Below are positions 39,111 to 52,930 of a stretch of 64,000 nt of DNA, piece after piece. Each line of letters opens with the position of its first letter. Positions within the stretch are counted from its first letter, which is position 1. The notes beneath the pieces were generated by a model, which saw only the letters and a program-made list of their open reading frames with translations, had not been told where the DNA came from and searched no databases. The DNA is taken from NCBI RefSeq assembly GCF_006345805.1, contig NC_043017.1, forward strand, positions 27,404,001 through 27,468,000, written 5' to 3'. Made by a program: the position numbers and the translations under genes. This DNA is from Octopus sinensis (lineage: Eukaryota).

Positions 39111-40261
39111 TTATTACTAATTCAATAGCAGCAGCTCCAACGTCTTTATTCATCGAAGAATTTCAAAGAAGTTTTTGTTCTTCATTCTTCATGACTGATA
39201 TTTCGGCAACCTTTATATCGTTGTCTTTGTTTAATTCTACGCCGATTGCAATCTAGGACACCTATCATTTATTCTCAGTCTCTTTTTAAAGCAGATACTT
39301 TTTAAGCTCATACCTAGTATGCTTGCGTTCCCCCACTTTGTTTAATATTGATGATGTATGATTTGAGGGAGAATTAGCTGCTATTCTTCAGTACTCATTG
39401 TTGATAACGTCGAGACCTGAATGAGGAGAGCCATATTCGAAAAGGCTTCATCGATACCTGGTATATTTTAACAATATCATAATGAATATTGTCAAGACTT
39501 TATATTTCGTGCACTGAGCTCATGATCATTAGAGGTGACCCTGAACAAGATACTCAATTTTACGTTGCTCCAATCCACTCAACAGTAACACAAGTAGCAA
39601 CGCCTAAATGTTGACCATGCGATAGATCCTAATGCAATTCAGTAAGAGGCCTTGTAATTTTAGTACGTAAGACCTCGAAAATCAGGATTAAGACCAGGTA
39701 CAATGTTGCCATGGTTCAACCATCGATAATTTCGATTCGTAATTTTGAGTTCTTGGATCGATCCGATTGCGTAGCACATTAGGCAGTTAAAAAACTTTGT
39801 TCAAAACCTATTGAAGCTTTGTAAGTGAAATGAAGTTTCATAAAATCTATTTAGAAACTGTTATGATCCTTAAAATTTTGGATTAGTATAATACCACTTC
39901 GATATACAGTATACTTAGTAAAACCAGTAACGACACGAATATCTCTGACCGCCTTCTACGCACTCCCATACTTCACGTACTTCTCTTTACTTATAGTCCA
40001 CTAGGTTATTCCATTCGTCACGTGGGAGGGGCGTACCATTATTACTAAATCCCTACATCTCCCCTTTTATGTTTTTCTTGGTGTCATTTTATTTAGCCAT
40101 ATTTTTTATACTCACACCAAGTTGTTTTTTGTTTTTTTCGTACAATTTAATATTTTTTTGCGCTTGGCATATCGTTTCCGGAATTCTGAAAAATTTCTTT
40201 TCCTTTCACTTGTACTCCTGCATTCAATCATCTGTAGATGTGTTGATACTTGGAATGTATC

Positions 40262-40832
40262 CTATAACCATTCCATCGGTTCTTCCAACTTCTTGGGTTC
40301 GTTCTTCACGAATCGTTTATTCAGTTGATTCACATGTCTCTTATATACGCCTTTTGCACTTTTTACCCAGTAATGCATTTTACCTATGCATTTGGTAATT
40401 ACACCATTTTCCCAACGCTCCTTTCCATTCTTAAATGGCTTCAGAAACACGTTTTCACCACTTGTAAAGAATCTTGCTATGTTTTCCCTGGAATTTTTTC
40501 TCTTCTTGCGCGGTAGCATTTTATCGAAGACCGATTTGACTTTCCAAGCAACCATCAGCTTTGCTGGTGACATACCTGCTGGAGTATTCGGTTTTGGTGT
40601 CACATGGTACATTCTTAAGAATTGTTGAAGAGTCACCTCATCCTTGATTTCATTATTTGATTTTCTTACGGCTCTCTTGAAAACATCGGACAAAGCCCTC
40701 TGCCTGTCTGTTATATCTGGGATGGTATGGCACAGTAATTAGATGTCCTACTGCAAACGTTTCACAATTTTTTAAAATTTGCTAGACACAAATTGTGTTT
40801 CATTGCAGACACCATCTCATCTTGTCTGGGAT
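40262..40832 (-). pseudogene. Decayed Ty3/Gypsy pol: integrase core end and C-terminal domain
   Basis: VPYHPRYNRQAEGFV (cf. YHPxSNGQAERFV), then after a frameshift VFKRAVRK..LQQFLRMYHVTP..GMSPAKLM..WENGVITKCIGKMHYWV..KRHVNQL; stops upstream. Confidence 0.85.
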
Positions 40833-40849
40833 GACAAAGATTCTTTTGC

Positions 40850-41207
40850 TCTCTTTTACTTGTTTCTGTCATTTGACTGTGGCCATGCTGGAGTACCGCG
40901 TTTAGTCGAGCAAATCGAACCCAGGACTTATGCTTTGTAAGCCCAGTACTTATTCTATCGGTCTCTATTGCAAACACACCAGCATCGGTTGTCAAGCGAT
41001 GTTGGAGGGGTAAACACAGACACACAAACACTCACATATATATAAACATATATACGACGGGCTTCTTTCAGTTTCCGTCTACCAAATCCACTCACAAGGC
41101 TTTGGTCGCCCGGGCTATAGTAGAAGACACTTGCCCAAGGTGCCAGGCAGTGGGACTAAACCCGGAATTGTGTGGTTCGTAAGCAAGCTACTTACCACAC
41201 ATTCACT
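40850..41207 (-). mobile_element. SINE family B abutting or interrupting the Gypsy integrase
   Basis: Reverse complement of family B directly upstream of the integrase fragment. Confidence 0.85.
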
Positions 41208-41257
41208 CTTTGCCGATCACACTGAAAGCTTTCGTTTGGATGCAAACAATATTTTTC

Positions 41258-41431
41258 TTATTTACATTATTTACATTTAAGGGATATTTGTCCTCATCTT
41301 GTTGTTAACACAATGTTTTGGCTGATATACCCTCCAGGCTTCATCAGGTGTCTTGAGGAAATTTCGAACCTGTGTTCTCATTCCTAAGATATTTTTCGAT
41401 GTTATGATGATCATTCCATTCTAGTTAGTGA

Positions 41432-41466
<35 letters not shown>

Positions 41467-41640
41467 TCAAAAAATACCTTAGGAATGAGAACCCAAATTT
41501 GAAATTTCCTCAAGACACCTGATGAAGGCTGGAGGGTATATCTTCCGATACGTTGAGTTAACAACAAATAAGATGAGGACAACTATTTGTCAAATGTAAA
41601 TAATGTACATAATTCTTCATCTCTTCAATATAGAACTGTA
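41258..41640. mobile_element. Inverted pair of PLE-like termini, each with a degenerate minimal hammerhead
   Basis: Arms about 41258-41408 and 41458-41605 around an (AAT)n spacer; HHR motifs at 41307-41352 (-) and 41514-41559 (+). Confidence 0.8.
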
Positions 41641-42317
41641 GCATTTTTTAAATTTAATTTTCTAAAATGACTTTGGTGGAAAAGATCATTTAGCGCCGGA
41701 TTATATAACATTTGGTGAGAAAGGGCTGTAGCGCCGGATTAGAACATAAATGTGAAACTTGAAATATTTACATGAATTGAAATTGCAGGAAAGTATCCGT
41801 TGAAACGGTTTCATACGCAGACAAGTCGAGATAATGTTGATTCGTTTCTATGTCGAACCGGCTTTTTGTTACTCCCAGGTCAATTTTGATTTATTTGACC
41901 TCTGGCCTAATATATTTTAGATATCGAGTTTTTTTTCTACCCCGCAGATTAAGTGGAAAACATAGGACGACATGGTACGATGTTTCTGAGATTTGTTTAT
42001 AAAAATAACGTGTGGGACATAAGCGAGATTTGCTCTTGGTGGTATTCAAGTTCATGTCGTTGGTGACCGTGATATTGGTGGTATAGTTTCTGGTGCTGGT
42101 GATGACAGATATGGAAGGTGATGATAATGATGATGTCGATAATAATGGTAATGATAGCGTTGATGATGATAATAATGATGAGGTTGTTTTTGCTGCTGGT
42201 GGTAATGGGGTGATGACCACGATGATGATTATGACGACGATGGTGGTGGTGGTGGTACTAATGACGACTACAACGACAGACGAAGACTTCGACGGCAACT
42301 ACAGCATCAACTACAAA

Positions 42318-42518
42318 AGGCGAAATGCTTAGTGGTATTTCGTCTGCCGCTACTTTCTGAGTTCAAATTCCGCCGAGGTCGACTTTGCCTTTCATCCTTT
42401 CGGGGTCGATTAAATAAGTACCAGTTACGCACTGGAGTCGATACAATCGACTTAATCCATTTGTCTGTCCTTGTTTGTCCTCTCTGTGTTTAGCCCCTTG
42501 CGGGTAGTAAAGAAATAG
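42318..42518 (+). mobile_element. SINE family A, 5'-truncated
   Basis: Matches family A. Confidence 0.85.
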
Positions 42519-43018
42519 GTAACTGCCGCAAAAAATACAAAAGCCAAAAAAAAAAAACATACGATGATTCTTACGATGAGGATGAGGAAGTCGTCGAAAA
42601 GCCAACGATGACAACAAAGATGAAGCGACGTCGACGATGACGATGAAGATGACAACGACGACGATAACGGTAAAGTAGTGGAGGAGGAGGAGAGAATAGT
42701 GGTTAATAGCATTGACATACTGAAGACTGACAATGAAGAAGATGCTGCTGATGACGATGATAATGACAAAGACGACGATGATGACGATGATGATGATGAT
42801 ATTTATGATGACATTGATTATTGAAAGAATCAGTAGAAATGCATAAAGAAGTTAGACGGTGGTTGTTATTGCAAGGAATGACGCTCAAAATGATGATAAT
42901 GATGATGATGATGATGATCACCATCATATTAGTGAAGGTGATGAAGACGCTGACAATGATAATGGCAGTTTAGAAAGACGGACGATAAATTGAATCCACT
43001 TAAGCACGCAGCACTTTA

Positions 43019-43118
43019 NNNNNNNNNNNNNNNNNNNNNNNNNNNNNNNNNNNNNNNNNNNNNNNNNNNNNNNNNNNNNNNNNNNNNNNNNNNNNNNNNN
43101 NNNNNNNNNNNNNNNNNN
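43019..43118. other. Assembly gap (100 N)
   Basis: Run of exactly 100 N, so true distance across it is unknown. Confidence 1.
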
Positions 43119-43520
43119 ATAAAGTAGGTTACCTGTGTAAAGTATGAATCTGCATCAAGAAACCCGTTCTCGTTTCAGATTCATAATGAAATTCAAAGCG
43201 AAATATTGCTTTCAAACTTTAGTACAAGGCCAGCAAGAGACGGCTAATTCAAATCGGAATGTTGCTTTCAAATATTAGCACAAGGCCAGCTAGAGACAGG
43301 GGTTGGGGTAAGTGTATTATAGCCATCCCCAAGGCTCAGCTGATATGCTTTTATTGTGCCCAAAAGTGTTTAAAGTCAAAATCGAATACGGTGACATTTG
43401 AACTCAGAACGTAATGACGGACATAAAGCTGCTCAACGGTTTTTTATCCGGTTCGCTAACAGTTCTGGCTGCTCGACGCCTTCCTTTGAAAGTAGTTTCG
43501 CTATAATATTTAAAGCGGTG

Positions 43521-43960
43521 AAGGCGGCGAGCTAACAGAAACGTTAGCACACCGGGCGAAATGCTTAGCGGTATTTTGTCTGCCGTTACGTTCTGAGTTC
43601 AAATTCCGTCGACGTCGACTTTCTATTTCATCCTTTCGGGTTCGATTAAATAAGTACCAGGTACGCATTGGGGTCGATATAATCGGCTTAATCCCTTTGT
43701 CTGTCCTTGTTTGTCCTCTCTGTGTTTAGCCCGTTGTGGGTAGTAAAGAAATAGGTATTTCGTCTGAGTTTACGTTCTGAGTTCAAATTCCGCCGAGGTC
43801 GACTTTGCCTTTCATCATTTGAGGGTCGATAAATTAAATAGCAGTTACGTACAGAGGTCGATGTAATCGATTGGCTGCCTCTCCTATTGTGGCCTGAGAT
43901 TGGATTACAGAAATATTTAAATTGGTGAGCTGGCAGAATCGACAGCATGACGATTAAAAG
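43521..43960 (+). mobile_element. SINE A concatemer (full plus headless unit)
   Basis: Junction GAAATAGGTATTTCGTC near 43750-43765. Confidence 0.8.
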
Positions 43961-44914
43961 TTTAACGGAATTGCATCCGTCTTTATATTCTGGGTTCAAA
44001 TTCTGTCGAAGTCGACATTGCACTTCATTCTTTCCGTCTCGAACAAAATAAGTAACATTTTAGCCCTGGGGTTTGATGTAATCGAGGTACCTCTCCTCAT
44101 ATCTTGTTGGCATTGTGCCAAAATTTGAAGCAATATCACTACAGTAATAGCAGTAGCAGGGGAAGTGGTAGAAATATTATTATTATTATTATTAAAGGCG
44201 GCGAGCTGGCAGAAACCAGGCTATCAAAAGTTGTTGAAATCTTAGATCATAGATCGTTTTATAAACGATTTTGATAGACAAATTACCAGGCTTTAAATTT
44301 TTAAAAAGTTACCTCTGGGATCGATTCGTTGGACTAAAGTCCTTCATGGCTGCACCTCAGCATCCCCGCAGTCATATGAATGGAGCAGGAAACGAAGAGA
44401 ATCGTTAGCATAGCGGAAAAAATGTTCAGATGTATTTCTTCCGGATCACAACATACAAACGTCGAGGTTGAACTTAACTTTCACCTGTTTTGATTTGAAT
44501 GAAAGATGAACCATTTGAGACTAATTATGAAGTAATTATTTCTCAAATCATCCTCACAAATGCGCACTAAGCTTGTAAATCTGAAAAAGTATTTACTTTC
44601 ATTTTATTTATTTTTTTTTTATTAGATTAAGTAAAAAGCAAATTAAAAAAAGAATGATTAGTTTTACATATTACGCAGAAAAAAAAATCCGTTAGGTATC
44701 TTTTGGTATCTCGAAAACATCACCAGTATTGCGACTCCATTTTCTGAGGTAATCAACGTGTGCTTTTAGTACAACGGTGTTTTTTTTATTAGCAGCCATT
44801 GTGAAAAAAATGCAACGAAGATAATCAAATATGTCATACATCTTATGATATTAATGATTGGTGATTATTTTCACTAAAAATTGAACGTGATAGGTAGCGT
44901 CGTTCAAGTCGAAT

Positions 44915-44924
<10 letters not shown>

Positions 44925-44980
<56 letters not shown>

Positions 44981-46610
44981 GTATATGTATATGTTATATA
45001 ATATATGTATAGTATATATATATATATATAATATGTTATATATGTATATGTATATGTATATATATATATATGTATATGTATGTATATATATATATATATA
45101 TGTATATATATGTATATGTATATGTATATATATGTATATGTATCTATATATATGTATATATATGTATATGTATATGTATATATATGTTATGTATATATAT
45201 ATATGTATATATATGTATATGTTATATAATATATATATGTATATGTATATATATAATATATGTATATGTATATATATATGTATATTATATGTATATGTAT
45301 ATATATATATGTATATATATATATGTATATATATATATATGTATATGTATATATATATATGTATATATGTATATGTATATATATATATGTTATATATATA
45401 TATGTATATATATATATGTATATATATATATATGTATATATATATATGTATATATATATATGTATATATATATATGTATATATATATATGTTATATATAT
45501 ATGTATATTATAATGTATATATAATAATGTATATTATATATGTATATATATATATGTATATATATAATGTATATATATAATGTATATATATATATAATGT
45601 ATATTATATATATGTATATATAATATGTGTATATATATATGTGTATATATATATATATGTATATATAATATATGTATATATATATGAATATATATATGTA
45701 TATATTATATGTATATTATGATAATATATATGTATATATATATATGTGATATATATATATGTGTATATATATATGTGTATATATATATGTGTATATATTA
45801 TATGTGTATATATATATGTGTATTATATATTGTATATATATATGTGTATATATATATGTGTATATATATATTGTATATATATATGTGTATATATATATGT
45901 TATATATATATATATGTATATAATGTATATATATATATATGTATATATATATGTATATTATATGTATATATATATGTATATTATATGTATGATATATGTT
46001 ATAATATATGTATATATATATGTTATATATATGTATATATATATATGTAGATATATATATGTATATATATAAGTATATATATATGTATATATATATTATA
46101 ATATATGTATATATATTGTATATATAATATATGTATAAATATACATATATATGTATATATATATATGTATTATATATGTGTATATATGTATATATATATG
46201 TGTAGTATATTATGTATAATGTATATGTATATATGTATATGTGTATATGTATATGTATATATGTATATGTATATGTATTATATGTATGTATGTATATGTA
46301 TGTATGTATATGTATGTATATGTATATGTATATGTATTTATAGTTATATATGTATATGTATATATATATGTATATGTATATGGTATATGTATATATGTAT
46401 ATGTATGATATGTATGTTATATATGTATATGTATATATGTATATGTAGTATATGTATATGTATAATGTATATGTATATATGTATATGTATATATGTATAT
46501 GTATATATTATATATATGTATAATATGTATAGATATATATATAGATATGTATAGATATATACACATATATATAGATATATATATAGATATGTATAGATAT
46601 ATACACACAT
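44925..46610. repeat. 1.7-kb (TA)n/(TATG)n/(TATATG)n tract
   Basis: Direct reading. Confidence 0.95.
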
Positions 46611-46611
46611 A

Positions 46612-47161
46612 GTGGCTGCCCCCTCGTTATCGAGTATGGCCATTGCACGAAGCTTAGTCAGTGTTGTTATCGTGCAATCCCTGTGCGAGAAGATTCTTTT
46701 TAAAGTGTGGAAAGGCTGTGCACTGTGTCACTCCCATTCACTAAGCAACAGCAACCATAATCCGAAAAGGAGAACAAGTGAACATCATCAGTAACCACTG
46801 AGCCGCAGGTTTTATGTCGGAGTTATCCCAGTTACCTGAGTTACCTTCTCCTAGAAGGATGCCCTAGTAAAGGCTAGGAGTCCTTCACTCCCAATGGTTT
46901 AACCGCGTGATCGGGTATTCAGTCCGATTATTTCTATGTCACCGTACATGACACAGCCTTAAGACATTTATTGGATGGCCGTTGACTCTCAAGAGTTCCC
47001 CCACCCTTTGACGAGCTTTGTTTTTCATCCCGTAGGGTGTCTAATAAACACCCTCCTCACCGAGCAAGCTTGGTGGGGTTGCCGGTTTAGTCGCCGACAC
47101 CCCGACCATACAACAGGTTGTACGGGGTTGCATGTTACCAGTAGCACTCGAAAGTGACCTG
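46612..47161 (-). mobile_element. Short ORF-less element resembling RTE-clade LINE UTRs, inserted in TA repeats
   Basis: Minus strand contains CTAGGAGAAGGTAACTC and GAGGAGGGTG motifs recalled from RTE 5' UTRs and ends GATAACGAGGGGGCAGCCACT; (TA)n on both sides. Confidence 0.5.
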
Positions 47162-47706
47162 ACATATATATATATATACATATATATATATACATATATA
47201 AATATACATACATACACACACACACATATATATATATATATATTATAAGTATATGCTGTGTGGTGAATTTATGGAAAGAAACCCTATAAAACTCATCAGT
47301 TTAGTTAAAAAGGGAGAAGACAAGTAGTTAAAATATATAAGAGAAATTTTATTTCATCCAGACGATCGTTTCGTACACGGATATAAAAATAATGCAAATT
47401 CATTATTGAATTAATTAGATTAAATTAATTAAACTAATTATATGTGAATATATTCTTCAGTGCACGAAGTATAAACAAAATTTACAATGAACTTCAAAAA
47501 GGAATTTGCAGATGCATATTTATCCTTATGGGAAAGAGAGGAGTCATGTTAGATATTATATACATACATTATTTACGTTATTTACAATTGACGGATGTTT
47601 GTCCTCGTCTTGTTTGCTGTCACTAGTAAATAATGTACATAATTCCACATCTCCCAAATATAGAACTGTACATACATACATACATACTTATATAATACAT
47701 ACACAC

Positions 47707-47744
<38 letters not shown>

Positions 47745-48419
47745 ACTAGGATGTGTAACACACTACCTAACTACCTATCTTGAGAAATTAAGCTTCTTAA
47801 AACCAGAAACGAGAAAACTTATTAAAAATTTGCAGATCCAAACTAATACTGGATCTCTAAAGATCTGTAAAATTTTCCAGATGATTATCATTTAAGTATA
47901 CATGCTCATATCTAGACATGCAGCTTTATGCGTGCAAATTCATACGCGATACATAATATGCAAATCTGCAGGTATACATACATACAATCATGCTCTGTTG
48001 GTGTTGTTGATATCCCAGTCAAGGAGCCCTGGATCTAGGTTAGAAACCAACTCTTTCTCCATTGGCAAGACATCTTGAAATAAAGCTGAATAATGACATA
48101 CATATATACATACACGTATACCTATATACACACACACATACACAGAGTGAAATACGCATACATATATATTTTTTTGTTTCATCTTTTACTTATTTCACTA
48201 ATTAGACTGCGGCCGTGCTGGGGCACCACATTGGGCGATAGTAATCGAATGAATCGTCCCCATTATTTACCAGTTCTTATTCTGTTTCGGAGTCGTACGT
48301 AAACGAACACTAGTTGCCAAGCGGTGGTGGGACACACACACACACATACTTACAATGTTGCTACTCGGCCAATATATATCTGCACCATTATATATATATA
48401 TATAACTGTGTGTGTTTGC

Positions 48420-48815
48420 TAAGGAGTGGCTGTGTTGTAAGTAGCTTGTTTACCACCACATGGTTCCGGGTCAGTACCACTGCGTGGCACCTTGGGCAAC
48501 TGTCTTCTACTCTAGCCTCGGGCAGACAAAGCCTTTGATTGGATTTGGTAGACGGAAACTGAAAGAAGCCCGTCGTATATATATATAATATAATATATAT
48601 ATATACATATATATATATATGTGGTGTGTGTGTGTGTGTCTGTGTTATTCTCTCTAGCATTGCTTGACAACCAATGCTGGTGTATTTATGTCCCCGTTAC
48701 TTAGCGGTTCGGCAAAAAAGACCGATAGAATAAGTACTGGGGTCGATTTGCTCGACTAAAGGCGGTGCTCCAGTATGGCGTCAGTCAGATGACTGAAACA
48801 AGTAAACGAGAAAGA
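48420..48815 (+). mobile_element. SINE family B
   Basis: Matches family B. Confidence 0.85.
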
Positions 48816-49706
48816 GAGAGTGCGTACGATTGTGTATGTGCGTGCATCTGTATGTCCGCCTGTATTTGCGCGCGCGCGCGCGTGTGTGTATTGCTGTGTG
48901 TATGTTTACTTTCGTCTTGAGTTCTAGGGCTCATACGTCGATTTACCAAGTTTCCAGGTGTGAAAGTGATCGAGATCAGAATATGTTGCTAAACGAGAAG
49001 CCAGTGTTTTCCAAGGGTTCAAAGCCACAAATTTTGAGTGACAGGTACAATTCAATTTCATTCGAGCCTAGTTCACTTCTTGATTGCCACCTTATTTTAT
49101 CGACCGCGAAACGATGAAAGGTACAGTTACCTACTTTGAAATTTGAAGAAGGTAAACAGTTAGGAAAATGACCACTATCCATGTTGTCCGACATGCTAAC
49201 ATTTCTGACATTTAACTGCTTTAACGCTAGGGTTAAGGATACTTAAATCTCAAGAGCAAGTACACGAACGCCATTATAATTAATGTAGTGACACAAAATA
49301 CATCTTCAATTCGATTATTATCGTATTCATTCTATCATCTATCTTCTAACATCTAATATGCTATCATATGATTCGATGTAATTTTAGCTTTTGCTTCTAG
49401 CAGGTTGAGAAAGTACATGAAGACACTCTCGTCGTCTTATAACACCATGTACTCACATCAGAACATTTTGTCAAGTGACTTATTGGAATATATTGCTTAA
49501 ATACAAAGCTTGTGTTGGTTTACTGAATGCACTAAGCGACACAATGACATCTACAGACCTGCTAGTCTACAATCTTTCACACCGTAATCGATCTCCTTCT
49601 TTGATATTCGATATTGTTGTAACCAGCTAAGCAATACGTTCCTAAGCTATATTCTATCACACACGTTTTCTTTTTCTCTGTATCCATTTCTCTCTCCCTC
49701 TCTCAG

Positions 49707-49742
<36 letters not shown>

Positions 49743-49858
49743 ATATATATTTGTTTTGCAAGATTTTGTTGTGTGTGAATGTATGTACACAAATGTATGT
49801 ATGAGATAGATATATAGATATATATAATAGATATATATATATATATATATATATATAG

Positions 49859-49891
<33 letters not shown>

Positions 49892-49954
49892 GATACATAT
49901 ATATATATATATATATTACATATATATATATATTATATACATAGTATATATATA

Positions 49955-50299
49955 TACATATATAAATATAAAATATAAATTAGTAAAAACACTACGTACG
50001 GTTTTCTCTCAATTATATTATATTTAACTTTTCATACTTTTGCTTAGGTATATATTAAAAGTTTAAATATTTAAAAAAAAAAAGTAAAAATTAAAAATTT
50101 AAATTTTATATATATATATATATATATATTATATTATATTAATTATATTTATTTTTTATGGTTTGGGTTATGTCTATCACTGTTTGAGTTGCCTAATAGT
50201 GGTTTTATCTCTAATTTAATTATATTTATATGCGAAATTGATTTAATCCTAAATCTAATTTTTTCAATGTAAGTTTGGATATACTCCCTAATATTATTG

Positions 50300-50344
<45 letters not shown>

Positions 50345-50716
50345 TATACATATATTAATATATACATATATAAATAATAAATATAAATTAGTAAAACACT
50401 ACGTACGTGTTTTGATTCTCAATTATATTATATTTAACTTTTCATACTTTTTGCTTGGGTATATATTAAAAGTTTAAATATTTAAAAAAAAAAATGTAAA
50501 AATTAAAAATTTAAATTTTATATCTATATATATATATATATATATTATATATATTAATTATATTTATTTTTTTTATGGTTTGGGTTATGTCTATCACTGT
50601 TTGAGTTGCCTAATAGTGGTTTTATCTCTAATTTAATTTATATTTATAATGCGAATTTGATTTAATCCTAAATCTAATTTTTCAAGTAAGTTGGATATAC
50701 TCCCTAATATTATTGT
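49955..50716. repeat. About 410-bp tandem duplication of an AT-rich segment
   Basis: 49955-50300 and 50362-50716 differ almost only by small indels. Confidence 0.9.
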
Positions 50717-52930
50717 GTATTATATATAATATATATATATATATTATATATATATATATATATATACATTTGTGTACATACATTCACACACACTACATGT
50801 GCGTGTGTGTGTTTTTAGTGGTATTTCGTCCGTCTTTATTTTAAAATTCGACCGAAGTTGACTTTCCCATTCGGTGTGGATAAGGTAAGCATGAGTTGAG
50901 CAACTTAACGCCCAACCCAGAAATACCTGACTTTGTGCCAAAACTCGTAAGCAATATGAATATGTCTGAGAGCGTATGCGTATGATTGAATGTGTATAAG
51001 TTTATAAAGTACATGTATGTATGTGTGTATGCCTGTATGTATGTGTTTGCATGTTCGTGTCTGAGTCATCATCGTTTCCAAAGGGATTGCTGTAAAACTG
51101 ACATAAAAATAGCTTAAAATAAAGTAGGTGCGGATGTGGCTGTGTGGTAAGTAGCTTGCTTCCCAACCACATGGTTCCAGGTTCAGTGGCACCTTGGCTG
51201 AGTGTCTTCCGCTGTAGACTCAGGCATATCTGAAAGCTTAGGTGTGGATTTGTTAGACTGAAACTGAAAAACGCCAGTCTTATATGTATATACGTATGTG
51301 TTTGTTCCCCCTCCACCGCTTGACCACCGCTGTTGGTGTGTTTACGTCTGCGTAATTTAATGGATCGACAAAAGAGACCGATAGAATAAGCACCAGTGTG
51401 TGAAATATCAAGGGTTCGATTAGCTCGACTAAAAATTCCTCAGGGTGGTACCCCCAGCATGGCCGTGGAATAACGACTGAAACAAAACGGAAAAGAATAA
51501 AAGAATATATATATTCTTTACTGATCACTACAATTGATTCGACCCTTCTCGCATCGATCTTTCGCGGGTCGGATATTGCGGTACTGAACAATGAGTTTAG
51601 GCATATCCCTCGGAGTGGTTGTGTCTCCTCAGGTGATTATGGATGTACACACGTTCACACACACGTGGTCTGCATACTCACACACACGCGTAGTCTGGCG
51701 CACAAGCTCTCACACACAATGAAGAAGGTATTAATAAAGTCGGTGTGTATTACTGTCCATTCATGCGATGCTACTTTTGAAGGGGTCACAGAATACGTGG
51801 TGGACTTCACTGCTTCTAGCTGGTATAGTTATAACACTTGTACACGCATAAATGGGGACATACATATTGATATATACTCATACTTTCTCACACGGATATA
51901 TGAAAGCATTCCAGGGTATATTGCTATATATAAATACACACAAACATAATGATACACTACTGATTCTCTCCCACTTCCTCTTTTTCTCTCTCTCCCGTTG
52001 CTCATACGTGATCATCGTCCACCTTTCTTTTCCTCACGTGATCATCTTTCTTTTCTTCAGTGGTATCATAAGGACTGGACGTTGTACTATCTCCCTCTCT
52101 TCTATCATTTCTTTTGTCAAAGAAAATATTTCTCTAGCGTTCGCTATTTTATCCTCGTTTTGGTCTAATGATCCTCCACGTTCCTTTTCGTTCGGTTTCC
52201 TTTTATGTCTCAACTGTCTTGTTTTTCTTCCCAACTTGGGCTCTCCATAAATACCGAATTATTTTGTTTTGGTACTTATGGGAGCAACTGTCTTCGAAGA
52301 CTCATATTGTCGTTCAGTGCTCGAAATAAAGAGTAGATAGACAGCTGACAACTGATAAAATGTACTTCTTAATGTGACATATTCTCTCTTCCATTTGCTT
52401 CCCTTGTTAGCATATTGAACTCATTTGTTTTCGTATGTCATGTTGTTTACCGTTGGTGACGTTCTGTAACCATATATGCATGTGTGTATATGTATATATA
52501 TTTGTGTGTATGTGTGTGTGTATATATATGCATATATATATTATTCATATCATTATTTGATTGAAAGCCACGAATCCATTTCTAATTAAGTTTATATATA
52601 TACATACAGATATGCATTAACATACGTCTATCAGCACATCTTTTGGGGTTGATATACACGCACATACACGTAAACCCGTTTCTGTACTCAGATACCAACA
52701 CATTTGTATAAATGTATATAAATTGGCACATAAATCTATAGAAATGCACAAGGATATGCAACCATGTGGATACAGATAGATAAAACTGAAACACATACAA
52801 AAGAATGTTACGTCGAAACAGATGTAACGAATGCAATTACTCAGTATCATATCGAAAAAAAAATGATTTAGCTCAACTTCACATCAAGATTTCCTTCTGC
52901 ATTGTGTAGTCTCTGATTATATATATATAT

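Noticed and set aside
39405-39450. CTGAATGA-GGA..TTC-GAAAAGGCTTC
   Set aside because: Core insertion, weak stem II and mismatched stem I; indistinguishable from chance.
44679-44748. Possible 70-nt exon (KKNPLGIFWYLENITSIATPFSE) with AG/GT ends, faintly like a myosin-head PLGI motif
   Set aside because: Match does not extend to the LDEE motif, weak pyrimidine tract, no partner exons found.
47290-47376. Minus-strand GAAAC-GATC-GTC followed by CTGATGA (possible type II hammerhead)
   Set aside because: Stems I and II do not pair; at most a 3' half of a hammerhead.
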